From positions 2,560,001-2,624,000 of the forward strand of contig OY776562.1 in assembly GCA_963675785.1 (NCBI GenBank): 64,000 nucleotides of DNA. The letters run 5' to 3'. The position numbers and the translations under genes were made by a program. This DNA is from Anaerolineae bacterium (GTDB lineage: Bacteria > Chloroflexota > Anaerolineae > UBA1429). The notes under the pieces were generated by a model. It was not told the DNA's origin. It ran no database searches and was given only the letters and a program-made list of their open reading frames with translations. Shown here one piece after another: positions 29,093 to 38,900 of the stretch. Position 1 is the first letter of the stretch, and the number at the start of each line of letters is the position of its first letter.

Positions 29093-30322
29093 ATGCCCCC
29101 AGAGCAAGCACGCAGTCTGTTGATCAAGCCCGCTTCGGGTGATTGCAACCTGCACTGTACCTATTGCTTTTATCACGATCGCCCCGACGATCCCTACAAA
29201 ACACAAAAACACCATCGCATGAGCCCCGAGGTGCTGGATACGCTCATCCGCCAAGGTATGCAGCTCAACCGCACCAACGCAGCATTTGGCTGGCAGGGTG
29301 GTGAACCCACACTCTGTGGCCTGGATTTCTTTAAACAGGTGGTCAAGCTCCAGAAAAAGTATGGCTCACGTGGCCAAGTAGTGAGCAATGGCCTGCAAAC
29401 CAACGGCTTGCTGCTCAACGCCGAATGGGCCCAGTTTCTGCGTGAGTACAACTTTTTGCTCGGTGTCAGCATGGATGGCCCAGCGCGCTTTCACGACGCT
29501 TACCGCGTTTATACCAACGGAGATCCTTCCCACGAGCGCGTCATGGCCACGCTCAAGCTGCTCAGCGAGTACGAGGTACAGTACAACGTACTCACCGTCA
29601 TCAACAGCCTAAATGCCAGTCATGCCCGTGAGATGTACGATTACATGGTCACTAACGGATTCTACTACTTGCAGTTCATCCCCTGCGTCGAGGTAGACCC
29701 CGTCAGCGGCCAGATCACCGATTTCTCGGTCTCGCCCGAGCAATTTGGTGATTTTCTGTGCGAGATGTTTGATTGCTGGTACAACGACGGGGAACCTGAG
29801 ACCTCTATCCGAGATTTTGAGGCCATTGCCGCAGTATATCTGGGCCAACAGGCGCCCATGTGTTGCTATCAGGAACAGTGCGGCGGCTATTTGGTAGTCG
29901 AGTACAACGGCGACGTGTACCCCTGCGATTTTCTGGTGCGCGACGACCTCTACATGGGCAACATCATGGAGATGCCGCTGAACGATATCTTTGAGACCCA
30001 AAAGATGCGACATTTCTCGGCGCGAAAGGCAGTGCCGCGCCCCGAATGCCTGGCCTGTCCCTGGCTCATGCTCTGCAACCAGGGTTGCTATCGCTTTCTC
30101 AACCTGGACGGCTCGCGACAACATTACCTCTGCCGAGCCTACAAGCGCTTTTTTACCCATGCCCATAGCCGCCTATCGCAGTTGCGTGACCGCATCATGG
30201 TTAATCAGGGATTGAATCCCAAGCTTGCACCGCACATTCTGGGTGAAATCGGCAGAAACGATCCCTGCCCTTGTGGTTCGGGTTTGAAATACAAGGCCTG
30301 TTGCGGCAAGAACGCGCATTAA
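29093..30322 (+). CDS. Anaerobic sulfatase maturase (radical SAM/SPASM) with C-terminal SEC-C motif
   Basis: KPASGDCNLHCTYCFY, WQGGEP, QTNG, GDVYPCD, C..C.....C..GC, GRNDPCPCGSG.KYK.CC. Confidence 0.9.
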   Translation: MPPEQARSLLIKPASGDCNLHCTYCFYHDRPDDPYKTQKHHRMSPEVLDTLIRQGMQLNRTNAAFGWQGGEPTLCGLDFFKQVVKLQKKYGSRGQVVSNGLQTNGLLLNAEWAQFLREYNFLLGVSMDGPARFHDAYRVYTNGDPSHERVMATLKLLSEYEVQYNVLTVINSLNASHAREMYDYMVTNGFYYLQFIPCVEVDPVSGQITDFSVSPEQFGDFLCEMFDCWYNDGEPETSIRDFEAIAAVYLGQQAPMCCYQEQCGGYLVVEYNGDVYPCDFLVRDDLYMGNIMEMPLNDIFETQKMRHFSARKAVPRPECLACPWLMLCNQGCYRFLNLDGSRQHYLCRAYKRFFTHAHSRLSQLRDRIMVNQGLNPKLAPHILGEIGRNDPCPCGSGLKYKACCGKNAH

Positions 30323-30341
30323 GGCGCGAGGAGGCTGAAAC

Positions 30342-31784
30342 GTGTTCGTTCTCGGTATCGATATTGGCACACAGGGCACCCGCTGTATCATCAGCGATGT
30401 AAATGGCCACATCTCCAATCAGGCAGAACTAACTTTCCCCGCTAAAACAGCTATCCCAAAAGCTGATGGACATTTCGAGCAGGATCCGGACATGTGGCAT
30501 CGTGCGATGCTGACCGTGATAAAAGAGGCCGTTTCCTCCTTTACAGCGAACGGTCATCAGGCTAGCGAGATTCGGGCCATCTCGGCCACTTCGACCTCGG
30601 GCACGCTGTGCCTGACAGATAAGCAGGGGCAGACGCTGGGCCTCGCCATCATGTATTCTGATAATCGCGCACAAAGCGTCATGGAGCAGCTCCATCAGGA
30701 CGGCGCCTCCCAGGAAGAAAAGCTGGGTATTCGTTATGCGGCTTCTTTTGCCCTGGCCCGCCTCTACTGGCTGCGCAAGAACGAACCCGCTCTGCTGGCC
30801 CAAGCCCGCTGGGCCGCCAGTCCCACCGACCTAGCCCTGCAGTGGCTGGGCGCCAAACCCGGCATTACCGACTGGAGCAACGCCCTCAAGACCGGCTATG
30901 ATATTGCTGAATTCGAGTGGCCCGCTTTTATTCCCACGGAAATCCGCAGCCTACTGCCCGAGGTGGTCGCACCGGGTACGGTGATTGGCGCCGTGTCAGT
31001 ACCCATTGCCGATGAACTTGGCCTCCATCCCGGAACGCTGCTGGTAGCTGGGGCCAGCGATGGCACGGCCGCCCAGTTGGCTAGCGGAGCCGTCAATCCC
31101 GGCGATTGGAATACCACCATCGGCACCACGCTGGTGATCAAAGGTGTCACCGAAAACTTGTTGCGCGATCCATTAGGGCGAGTGTATTGTCATCGCCACC
31201 CCGAGGGGCACTGGCTGCCCGGCGGCGCCTCAAACACCGGCGCTGACTGCATTGTCAGGCGCTTTGACAACCCCGACTTGTTGGATGCCAGTCCGCTGCC
31301 GTTAGAACCTATTGACGCTATCGTCTACCCTCTAGAACGCCGCGGCGAGCGTTTTCCCTTTGTGGCGCCGCAAGCCGAGGGTTTTGTGCTGGGTGAACTC
31401 CCCGATGAGCCCGTCTACCAATATCGCGCTTATCTAGAAGGTCTGGCATATTTGGAGCGATTGGCTTACGATACACTAGAATCGCTCGGTGCTATTGTGG
31501 GCAAGCGCATCTACTCCGTCGGTGGTGCCACCAAAAGCCGCACTGGCTGCCAATTGCGCGCCGACATCTTGCAGCTTGAGATCGTCGTACCCGAAGCAGC
31601 CTCTGGTGCTATGGGCGCAGCCATCCTGGCTGCGTGTGGCTGTGCCTACGGGCTGCTCTCTGATGCCACAAAGCACATGGTTCACATTAGCCAGTGTGTA
31701 GCTCCACGGACGCAGTACCAGGTTGATTATGATTCAAACTACCAGCGTTTTGTAACTGCCTTGAAAGAACGGGGATATCTGTGA
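30342..31784 (+). CDS. FGGY-family carbohydrate kinase
   Basis: GIDIGTQG, STSGT, MYSDNRA, DGTAAQ, GERFPF and VGGATKS motifs. Confidence 0.9.
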   Translation: MFVLGIDIGTQGTRCIISDVNGHISNQAELTFPAKTAIPKADGHFEQDPDMWHRAMLTVIKEAVSSFTANGHQASEIRAISATSTSGTLCLTDKQGQTLGLAIMYSDNRAQSVMEQLHQDGASQEEKLGIRYAASFALARLYWLRKNEPALLAQARWAASPTDLALQWLGAKPGITDWSNALKTGYDIAEFEWPAFIPTEIRSLLPEVVAPGTVIGAVSVPIADELGLHPGTLLVAGASDGTAAQLASGAVNPGDWNTTIGTTLVIKGVTENLLRDPLGRVYCHRHPEGHWLPGGASNTGADCIVRRFDNPDLLDASPLPLEPIDAIVYPLERRGERFPFVAPQAEGFVLGELPDEPVYQYRAYLEGLAYLERLAYDTLESLGAIVGKRIYSVGGATKSRTGCQLRADILQLEIVVPEAASGAMGAAILAACGCAYGLLSDATKHMVHISQCVAPRTQYQVDYDSNYQRFVTALKERGYL

Positions 31785-33133
31785 GTATTTTCAAAGCCTG
31801 CGACGTGCGCGGCATTTACAACAAGGACCTGGACGATGATATTACCTATCGTCTGGGGCAGGCCCTTGGTATGCGGCTGCAGGGTCAAAGGGCGGTAGTC
31901 GGCGGTGATCTGCGCCTCAGCACACCACCTCTCAAAGATGCGCTAATTCGAGGCATGATGGAGGCCGGCGTACACGTGCTGGATGTAGGCATTGTGCCCA
32001 CACCCACCCTGTACTGGGCGCGCATCCATCTAAAAGCTCAGGGCGCCGTGATGGTGACTGCTTCGCATAATCCTGCCGAATACAACGGTTTCAAGTTCAT
32101 GCTGGGCGCTCTGCCCATAGCCCCAGAAGAGATCGAAGGTATTGCCCAAGACGTCTTTGAGGGTTTGGAACTGCAAGTGCTGCCCGGTACGATTGAGCAA
32201 CGCAACATCCTGGACGAATACGAGACTTTTTTGATCACCTCCGTCGTACGTCTCAAGAGGCGCCGCGTAGTGGTTGACGCGGGTAACGGCTCACTTTCTG
32301 AGATGGCCCCGCGTGTCCTTGCCCACTTGGGTCTTGATGTGGTGCCCCTTTTTTGCTCGCCCGATGGCTCTTTTCCCAATCGCGATCCCAACCCGGCTGT
32401 GCCTGAGCATATTGAGACGCTGTGTCGAGAGGTAGTCAGCAGTGGAGCAGATTTGGGTATTGCTTACGATGGAGATGGCGATCGCGTCATTTTTTGCGAC
32501 CACACCGGCCAGACTTGCACAGCCGACCGCGTCTTTGTGCTCTATATCGATAATCTGCTCAAAAAACAGCCGGGTGCTGGCGTTGTCTATGATCAAAAAT
32601 GTTCCGAAGTGGTGCCCGAGGCCATTGTGGCCCACGGCGGCATTCCCCTTGTCGAGCGTTCAGGCCATGCTTTTATCAAGCGCCGTCTGTTGGATGAGGA
32701 CGCCGCGTTGGGCGGCGAGATCAGTGGGCACTATTTCTTCCAAGAACTGCAAGGGGATGACGCCCTTTTTGCCACGCTACGACTGTTGGCTATTCTCGAT
32801 AAAGAACAAGCTAGCCTGTATGATCTACTGGCAAAGGTGCCGCAATACGTCACTACACCCGATATCCGCATCCCCTGTCCGCCCGATATGGCGGCCAACA
32901 TCCTGCAAGATATGGCACGCTCGTTGGCCGATTACCCGCAGCAGCACATTGATGGCGTGCGCATCCAGTTCCCCGATGGCTGGGCCCTGGCGCGGCTTTC
33001 AGTCACCGAGCCCTTGCTGACCTTGCGCTGTGAGGCCCATACAGATGCCGCGCTAGAGCGCATCAAAAATAAATTGTGTGATTCATCGCCAGCCTTACAC
33101 AATTGGCTGGCTCAAATAGGCAAAAGTTTGTAA
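31781..33133 (+). CDS. Phosphomannomutase / phosphoglucomutase
   Basis: FKACDVRG, TASHNP catalytic Ser, DGDGDR metal loop, GEISGH sugar loop. Confidence 0.92.
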   Translation: MSIFKACDVRGIYNKDLDDDITYRLGQALGMRLQGQRAVVGGDLRLSTPPLKDALIRGMMEAGVHVLDVGIVPTPTLYWARIHLKAQGAVMVTASHNPAEYNGFKFMLGALPIAPEEIEGIAQDVFEGLELQVLPGTIEQRNILDEYETFLITSVVRLKRRRVVVDAGNGSLSEMAPRVLAHLGLDVVPLFCSPDGSFPNRDPNPAVPEHIETLCREVVSSGADLGIAYDGDGDRVIFCDHTGQTCTADRVFVLYIDNLLKKQPGAGVVYDQKCSEVVPEAIVAHGGIPLVERSGHAFIKRRLLDEDAALGGEISGHYFFQELQGDDALFATLRLLAILDKEQASLYDLLAKVPQYVTTPDIRIPCPPDMAANILQDMARSLADYPQQHIDGVRIQFPDGWALARLSVTEPLLTLRCEAHTDAALERIKNKLCDSSPALHNWLAQIGKSL

Positions 33134-33145
33134 AGGAGCTATCCC

Positions 33146-33748
33146 ATGTACGATCCCAAACAGCACATGATCGAGATCGCTAAACTCGTATACGGACGCC
33201 ACCTCAGCGACACAGCAGGCGGCAACATCAGCTTGCGACACGAGGGGCTCATCTATGTCTCGCCGCGCTTTATGGGTGCCCAGTACCACTATAACATCAC
33301 GCGTGAGCAAATCTCGGTTCTCAATGCCGAGCATAACGTGCTCGAAGGCCCCACCGATCTCTCGCGCGAATCCAAAATGCACCTGGCGGCTTATGACAAC
33401 TTTCCCGAGGTGAACAGCGTCATCCACGCCCATCCGACCTACCTGATGGTCTATGCGGCGGCCTCTAGAACAATGAAACCCGTACTGGAATACACCGAGA
33501 AATTCGGCGACATAGAGTGCATCCCCGAATCTCCGGCTCACTCGCCTGATTTGGCCCAACATGTGGTGGAGATGGGACAGCGCCGGCGCGAGCAGCTCAA
33601 ACGTGTAGCCATGGGTGTCATTCTGCCCAAGCACGGCGTGGCCGTTCTGGGCCATGATCTCAACAACGCCTTTGATACGCTCGACCGTCTCGAAAAGAAC
33701 GCTCAGGTCTCGTTGCTGCTTGGCTCATTGCCCGAGGAAACCGCGTGA
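33146..33748 (+). CDS. Class II aldolase / adducin family protein
   Basis: GGNIS, SRESKMH, HAHP and KHG Zn ligands. Confidence 0.88.
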   Translation: MYDPKQHMIEIAKLVYGRHLSDTAGGNISLRHEGLIYVSPRFMGAQYHYNITREQISVLNAEHNVLEGPTDLSRESKMHLAAYDNFPEVNSVIHAHPTYLMVYAAASRTMKPVLEYTEKFGDIECIPESPAHSPDLAQHVVEMGQRRREQLKRVAMGVILPKHGVAVLGHDLNNAFDTLDRLEKNAQVSLLLGSLPEETA

Positions 33749-34674
33749 TTCTGACCATCACGCCCAACACGGCCCTCGACAAGGTCATTTTTGTCGATGA
33801 TTTCCAGATTGGCCAGACAGTACGCACCAACGAGACGGTAGATGGTATGGGCGGCAAGGGGGCCGTTACATCCTGGGCACTGGGGCATCTGGGTGTGGCC
33901 TCGACAGCAACGGGTTTTTGCGGCGGCGCCACTGGCAAGCACATCGAGGCGATGCTAACCGACAAAGGCGCACACACCGCTTTTATCCATGTCGCCGGTG
34001 AGACACGCCTCAACTATGTCATTGCCCGTCGTGTCGATGGCGCCCAGGGCACCATTACCACCGCTGGTTACAGCGTAGAGCATAAAGATATTGCGGCATT
34101 GGAAGAATGCATCAGCAATCTACTCCCACAGGCAAAGTTTATGCTCTGCGGTGGCAGTATGCCGGTGGGTATGCCACCCAATTGGTACGTGAACATCATC
34201 CATGAGGCCCGTCATCACAAGGTGACCATCTTGGCGGATGTCAGCGGCCAATATATGGAACCCACTTTTGGCGCACTGCCCGATATCATCAAACCCAACG
34301 AGCACGAAGCAGAAGCTCTGTTGGGTAGATCGATCTGCACACTCGATGAAGCAGCAGAGGCAGCACGCGCCCTGCAGTCACGCGGCATCCCAGCGGTCAT
34401 CATTACCATGGGCCACAAGGGGGCCGCTGCAGCTACACCCGCAGGGGCTTTTATCATGCCGCCAGTACCGGTTCAGGCAGTCAACACCGCCGGTGCCGGC
34501 GATAGCTTTAACGCTGGCCTCATCATGGGGCTCAGCGCAGGCCAAGATTGGCCGATTGCGCTGAAGCAGGCCACGGCTACCGCCACCGCTTCAGTGCTCA
34601 CCCCGGCAACGGGTGCCGTGCGGAGCGAGGATGTAGCTAAAATCCTGCCAAACGTGATAGTACAGTTAGTCTAA
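33745..34674 (+). CDS. 1-phosphofructokinase family hexose kinase (FruK/LacC-like)
   Basis: ILTITPNTALD, GGKG, ETR, IKPNEHE and NTAGAGDS motifs. Confidence 0.88.
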   Translation: MILTITPNTALDKVIFVDDFQIGQTVRTNETVDGMGGKGAVTSWALGHLGVASTATGFCGGATGKHIEAMLTDKGAHTAFIHVAGETRLNYVIARRVDGAQGTITTAGYSVEHKDIAALEECISNLLPQAKFMLCGGSMPVGMPPNWYVNIIHEARHHKVTILADVSGQYMEPTFGALPDIIKPNEHEAEALLGRSICTLDEAAEAARALQSRGIPAVIITMGHKGAAAATPAGAFIMPPVPVQAVNTAGAGDSFNAGLIMGLSAGQDWPIALKQATATATASVLTPATGAVRSEDVAKILPNVIVQLV

Positions 34675-34751
34675 AGATGCGTTCTTTAGAATTCTGACAG
34701 CTATGATATATAGTAACAAACGTGGTGTTTTTGTTTGTTGGGAGGAAACTA

Positions 34752-35957
34752 ATGGGCAAGGCAAAAGGCAACCTTGTTGTCGGACAGTCCGGCGGCCCCA
34801 CGGCCGTCATCAACAACAGTCTTGTGGGCGTCGTTCAGGAAGCGATGAAACACGAGGAAATCGGCGATATCATGGGCATGGCCCACGGTATTGCGGGTAT
34901 TCTCAATGAAGAATTCGTTGATATGCGCAAAGAATCGCCCGAGACGCTCGAACTCTTGCGCGATACTCCTGCTTCTGCCCTCGGCACAGTACGCTACAAG
35001 GTTTCAGAAAAGGACTATGAGCGCATCCTCGAGGTGTTCATGGCCTACGATGTACGCTACTTTTTCTACATCGGCGGCAACGACTCGATGGATACTTGTT
35101 ACAAGATGTCCTTGCTGGCGGCAGACCGCGGTTATGAGTTGCATGCCATCGGCGTTCCCAAGACGGTGGACAACGACCTGGCCGAGACCGATCACTGCCC
35201 CGGCTTTGGCAGTGCCGCTCGCTTTGTAGCTTCGTCAGTACGTAATACGGCCTTTGATACCAAGGCCATGGGAGACAGCAGCCCTATCAAGCTCGTCGAA
35301 GTGATGGGCCGCAATGCTGGCTGGCTTACGGCCGCGACAGTGCTAGCCAAAGAAGACCCCGACGATGCACCGCATCTCATCTACATGCCCGAGCAGGGTA
35401 AATCCCTCGAGTCGGTCATTGCGGATGTGGAAAAATGGTACAAGAAGTTGGGCTATTGCGTCGTCGCAGTAAGCGAAGGCTTTACGAACGAAGAGGGTAA
35501 AGGTTTTTCCTCCTCCAACGAGGTTGATGCCTTTGGCCATGCTCGACTCGGCGGCGTAGTAGAAGCGCTCGAAGAGGCCATCTCCGACGCTTTGGGACTT
35601 AAAACCCGCTACGACAAACCAGGCTATCTTCAGAGATCTTTTGGAGAATTGCAGTCCTCGGTGGATCGCGAAGAGGCTTACATGGTAGGCTGTGAGGCGG
35701 TTCGGGCCGCTCTGGCCGGAGAGACTGGAGTGATGATCTCCTTGGTGCGTGAAACAGGACCAAAATATGTTTGCCGACCTGGGCTCGCTCTTCTTTCCGA
35801 GGTAGCAAATGCCGAGCATGTGCTTCCCAGAGAATGGATCAACAGCGAAGCCAATGGCGTAACCCAGGCTTTTATCGACTATGCCAAACCTCTCATTGGT
35901 GGCCCACTCAAGCCTTATGGCTGGCTTTCAATGAACATCATGCCCAAAAAGCTCTGA
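34752..35957 (+). CDS. 6-phosphofructokinase, probably PPi-dependent
   Basis: QSGGPT, IGGNDS (Asp at the donor-specificity site), PKTVDND, MGRNAGW; ATG 34752 after GGAGG. Confidence 0.9.
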   Translation: MGKAKGNLVVGQSGGPTAVINNSLVGVVQEAMKHEEIGDIMGMAHGIAGILNEEFVDMRKESPETLELLRDTPASALGTVRYKVSEKDYERILEVFMAYDVRYFFYIGGNDSMDTCYKMSLLAADRGYELHAIGVPKTVDNDLAETDHCPGFGSAARFVASSVRNTAFDTKAMGDSSPIKLVEVMGRNAGWLTAATVLAKEDPDDAPHLIYMPEQGKSLESVIADVEKWYKKLGYCVVAVSEGFTNEEGKGFSSSNEVDAFGHARLGGVVEALEEAISDALGLKTRYDKPGYLQRSFGELQSSVDREEAYMVGCEAVRAALAGETGVMISLVRETGPKYVCRPGLALLSEVANAEHVLPREWINSEANGVTQAFIDYAKPLIGGPLKPYGWLSMNIMPKKL

Positions 35958-35967
35958 TATCCTAAAC

Positions 35968-35999
35968 AAAAAAGGAGAGGGACTTGCCCTCTCCTTTTT
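35968..35999. terminator. Bidirectional intrinsic terminator
   Basis: AAAAAAGGAGAGGG-ACTTG-CCCTCTCCTTTTT between convergent genes. Confidence 0.9.
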
Positions 36000-38900
36000 C
36001 TATTCGAGTGGTTCCAGGGTAGTGTTTCCCCAAATCGTTATTTCGTCCGAGTGAGCATAAGCGATCACATTTCCCGACTCGATCACGGCGATCCGAAAAC
36101 GAACGCTCGTTCCCGTTTTGACGCTTTGGGTATCCCACAAGTAGCTATCTGTAAGGGCCTTGTCCGTTGCACGCACGCGCCATGTCTGGCCGCCATCGTA
36201 AGAAACATCGAGCTGTACTGTTGCATCACAATCCACAGATGATACGCCCGTCCATGATACCCGCTGAACACCCGTCCAAACAGGTTCCGAAGGCGTCAAG
36301 AAAAATATATCTGGATTGCCCTCATTCAAAATTTCGACAGGCCCAAGATAATCGTTAACAGCGTATCTTCCGTCTGTGGCAGTTATCCTAAGCCACAACC
36401 GATCCGTATTGGGCAAATCCCGCGTATCCCACAGCACACTGCCCTCTGCTTGGTCATCTGTAGCGAACGTCGTCCATGTTGCGCCCTCATCCAAGCTGTA
36501 TGCAAGAGCGATCGAGATCGAATCGTTATCTTCGTCGATGACATCCCAGGCTATTCGTTCCAAGCCGCTCATGGGAAAGCCCTCAGTTGCAACAATGAGC
36601 GAAGCAAGCGGTTGATTAAAAGTCGCATTGTTCACTTCAAAGGGACCGCTGATCTCTGATCTTGAGGTTTCATTGACCGCTACCAAACGCAGCCAATACC
36701 ACCCGTTCATCATATCGCGGGTATCAAACAAAAACACACCTTCGTCGGATATCCTTGTTGCAATCGATTCCCAATTCTGTCCATCCATACTGATTTGGAT
36801 ATCGATTTCGAGCGGATCGATCTCGCCGTTTGAAGGTTGCCAGCGCACAATTTCTAGCCCACTCCAACGATCCCCGGCCAAAGGCGCTTCGATATACACA
36901 AAAGGCCTGGATGATAGGTTGATATCTCCAGACATCCAACTGGTAGAAAAAAGGCCGTCTGTGGCTGAGATTCTTATTCGTGATTTACTGCCCAGAGGAA
37001 GACTAGATAGATCATACGTACCACTGGCATCTAGCCTGGCAGCCAACACATCCCAAGAAACTCCATTGTCCGAGCTCAACTCGATGGATACAGAGACATC
37101 ATCGTCATCCGAATCGGAAGCCATCCACACAAGTTGTCCATCGGCCAAGACATCATCAGAATCTGGCGATCCTACTTCCAATAGAGGAGGGTGAGAATTA
37201 CCGAGTACACAGAACGCTCCTTCCATTGCACTCGAAACACGCGTTGCATCATCCACAATGGTCACACGAACCATCGCAGACGTAGCAATGCCAAACCTTG
37301 CCTCATTCAAAATATACCGCTCAGACTGAGCATCAGTAGACCCAACCTGCACCCAATTCGGCTGAGCTTCTGTCCATAAATCGATCTGGGCTGTCGCCTG
37401 AGTGGAAAAACCACTCAGTGCCCAGGAAACAACAACATCGCCATTCACGCTCTGCCCTGCTGAAGGAGATAGCAGGATCACAGAAGGCTCTGTCACAATG
37501 GAGCCCACCGTAACCGATACTTCATCCACAACATCCAAAAGCTGGTATCGGCCTGAAGTACGTCCGAATATACCAAGGACGAGTTGATAATCTCCTGTCA
37601 GGCCGGTGGCATCCCAAATGCCAAAGTTACTCTGAGAGCAATCTTCTGTGATCAACTGCCAATCGTTGCTATTCGCCTCTCGGACCATGAGGGCCACTGG
37701 TGTAGCTTGCTCTGATTCGTCAAGAGCCCGCCAACACAGCAAAACACTTCCCTCCAATTGGTCTCCCTCACGGGGAGACACGAGTTCATAGGCTGCATCA
37801 GTTGGTGTGCCAATTGTCAACAAGCCTCCCGTCTCTGCCGATCCGGTAGCTTGTCCATCATTCGCAATGACACGAAGCCGGTATTCGTCACCCGCTGGCA
37901 AAAACGAGAATTTCCATAAATAGTATCCAGTATTGTCCAAGTCTTCGGCCAGAGGTAGCCATGTTTTGCCGGCATCATAGCTGTACTCGATAGAAATGGT
38001 CAGGTCATCGCCATCCTCATCATACGTATTCCAGAGGACGATTGCCTCATCTTCAAGCTCAATGTTTTCCAGCGGCGCATTTAGGCGAATCACAGGGGCC
38101 GAATTGCCCGAAATATACACTGGATACACCGAGTCTTCGCCAACAGCACCATCAGGATCAAAAACTTTGATTCGCACTTGATAGGTTCCAGGCGTCACAT
38201 TGCGAACAAGCCAGGTAAGCTGACCTTGGTTCTCAGTCTGTTTGGCGATGATCTGCCATTCACCACCTGCCACTCGGTACTCAACCTGTGCCGACAGTGT
38301 ATCATCATCAGTATCATAGGCCTGCCAAGTTATCAGACATTGGGAACTGATGATGTAATCAGGAACTGGAGACGAACAATATACAACAGGTGCATCGTTC
38401 ACATTGTTCACTACTACAGGCCGTTCTGCAGACAAGATGCTCTGCGGTGTTACTGCGATAACCCGCAAGACTCCCTCGGTGCTATCCGCATTATCGCGTG
38501 TATCCCATTGATACGGCGCTTCCAACTCACCTGAAGCTAGAACTGTCCAATGATCTCCTGCATCAGGACTGTACTGGATGGTAACACCGTTTTCTACAGC
38601 CACTCCCTCAATAGTCCAATTGACCGCGACAATGCCTTTGAGTGTCTCATCATCCTCTACTGTCAACGTCAACGCTCTCTGCTCAGATACAAGTTGAATA
38701 TCTCGTTGAATGATCGTAGTTTGCCCTGTCAGATCATCCTCAGCCATCAAAGACAGCACATATTTGCCAGCAAGCAAACCTTCTGTGCTAAAAACACTGC
38801 TTGCTATATCTTCAGAAATAGCCATATCTGGCAAAGTAATCACATTGCCCAACTCATCCACCATCTGAACACCAATTACAGAGCACGTTCCCGCCACGAT

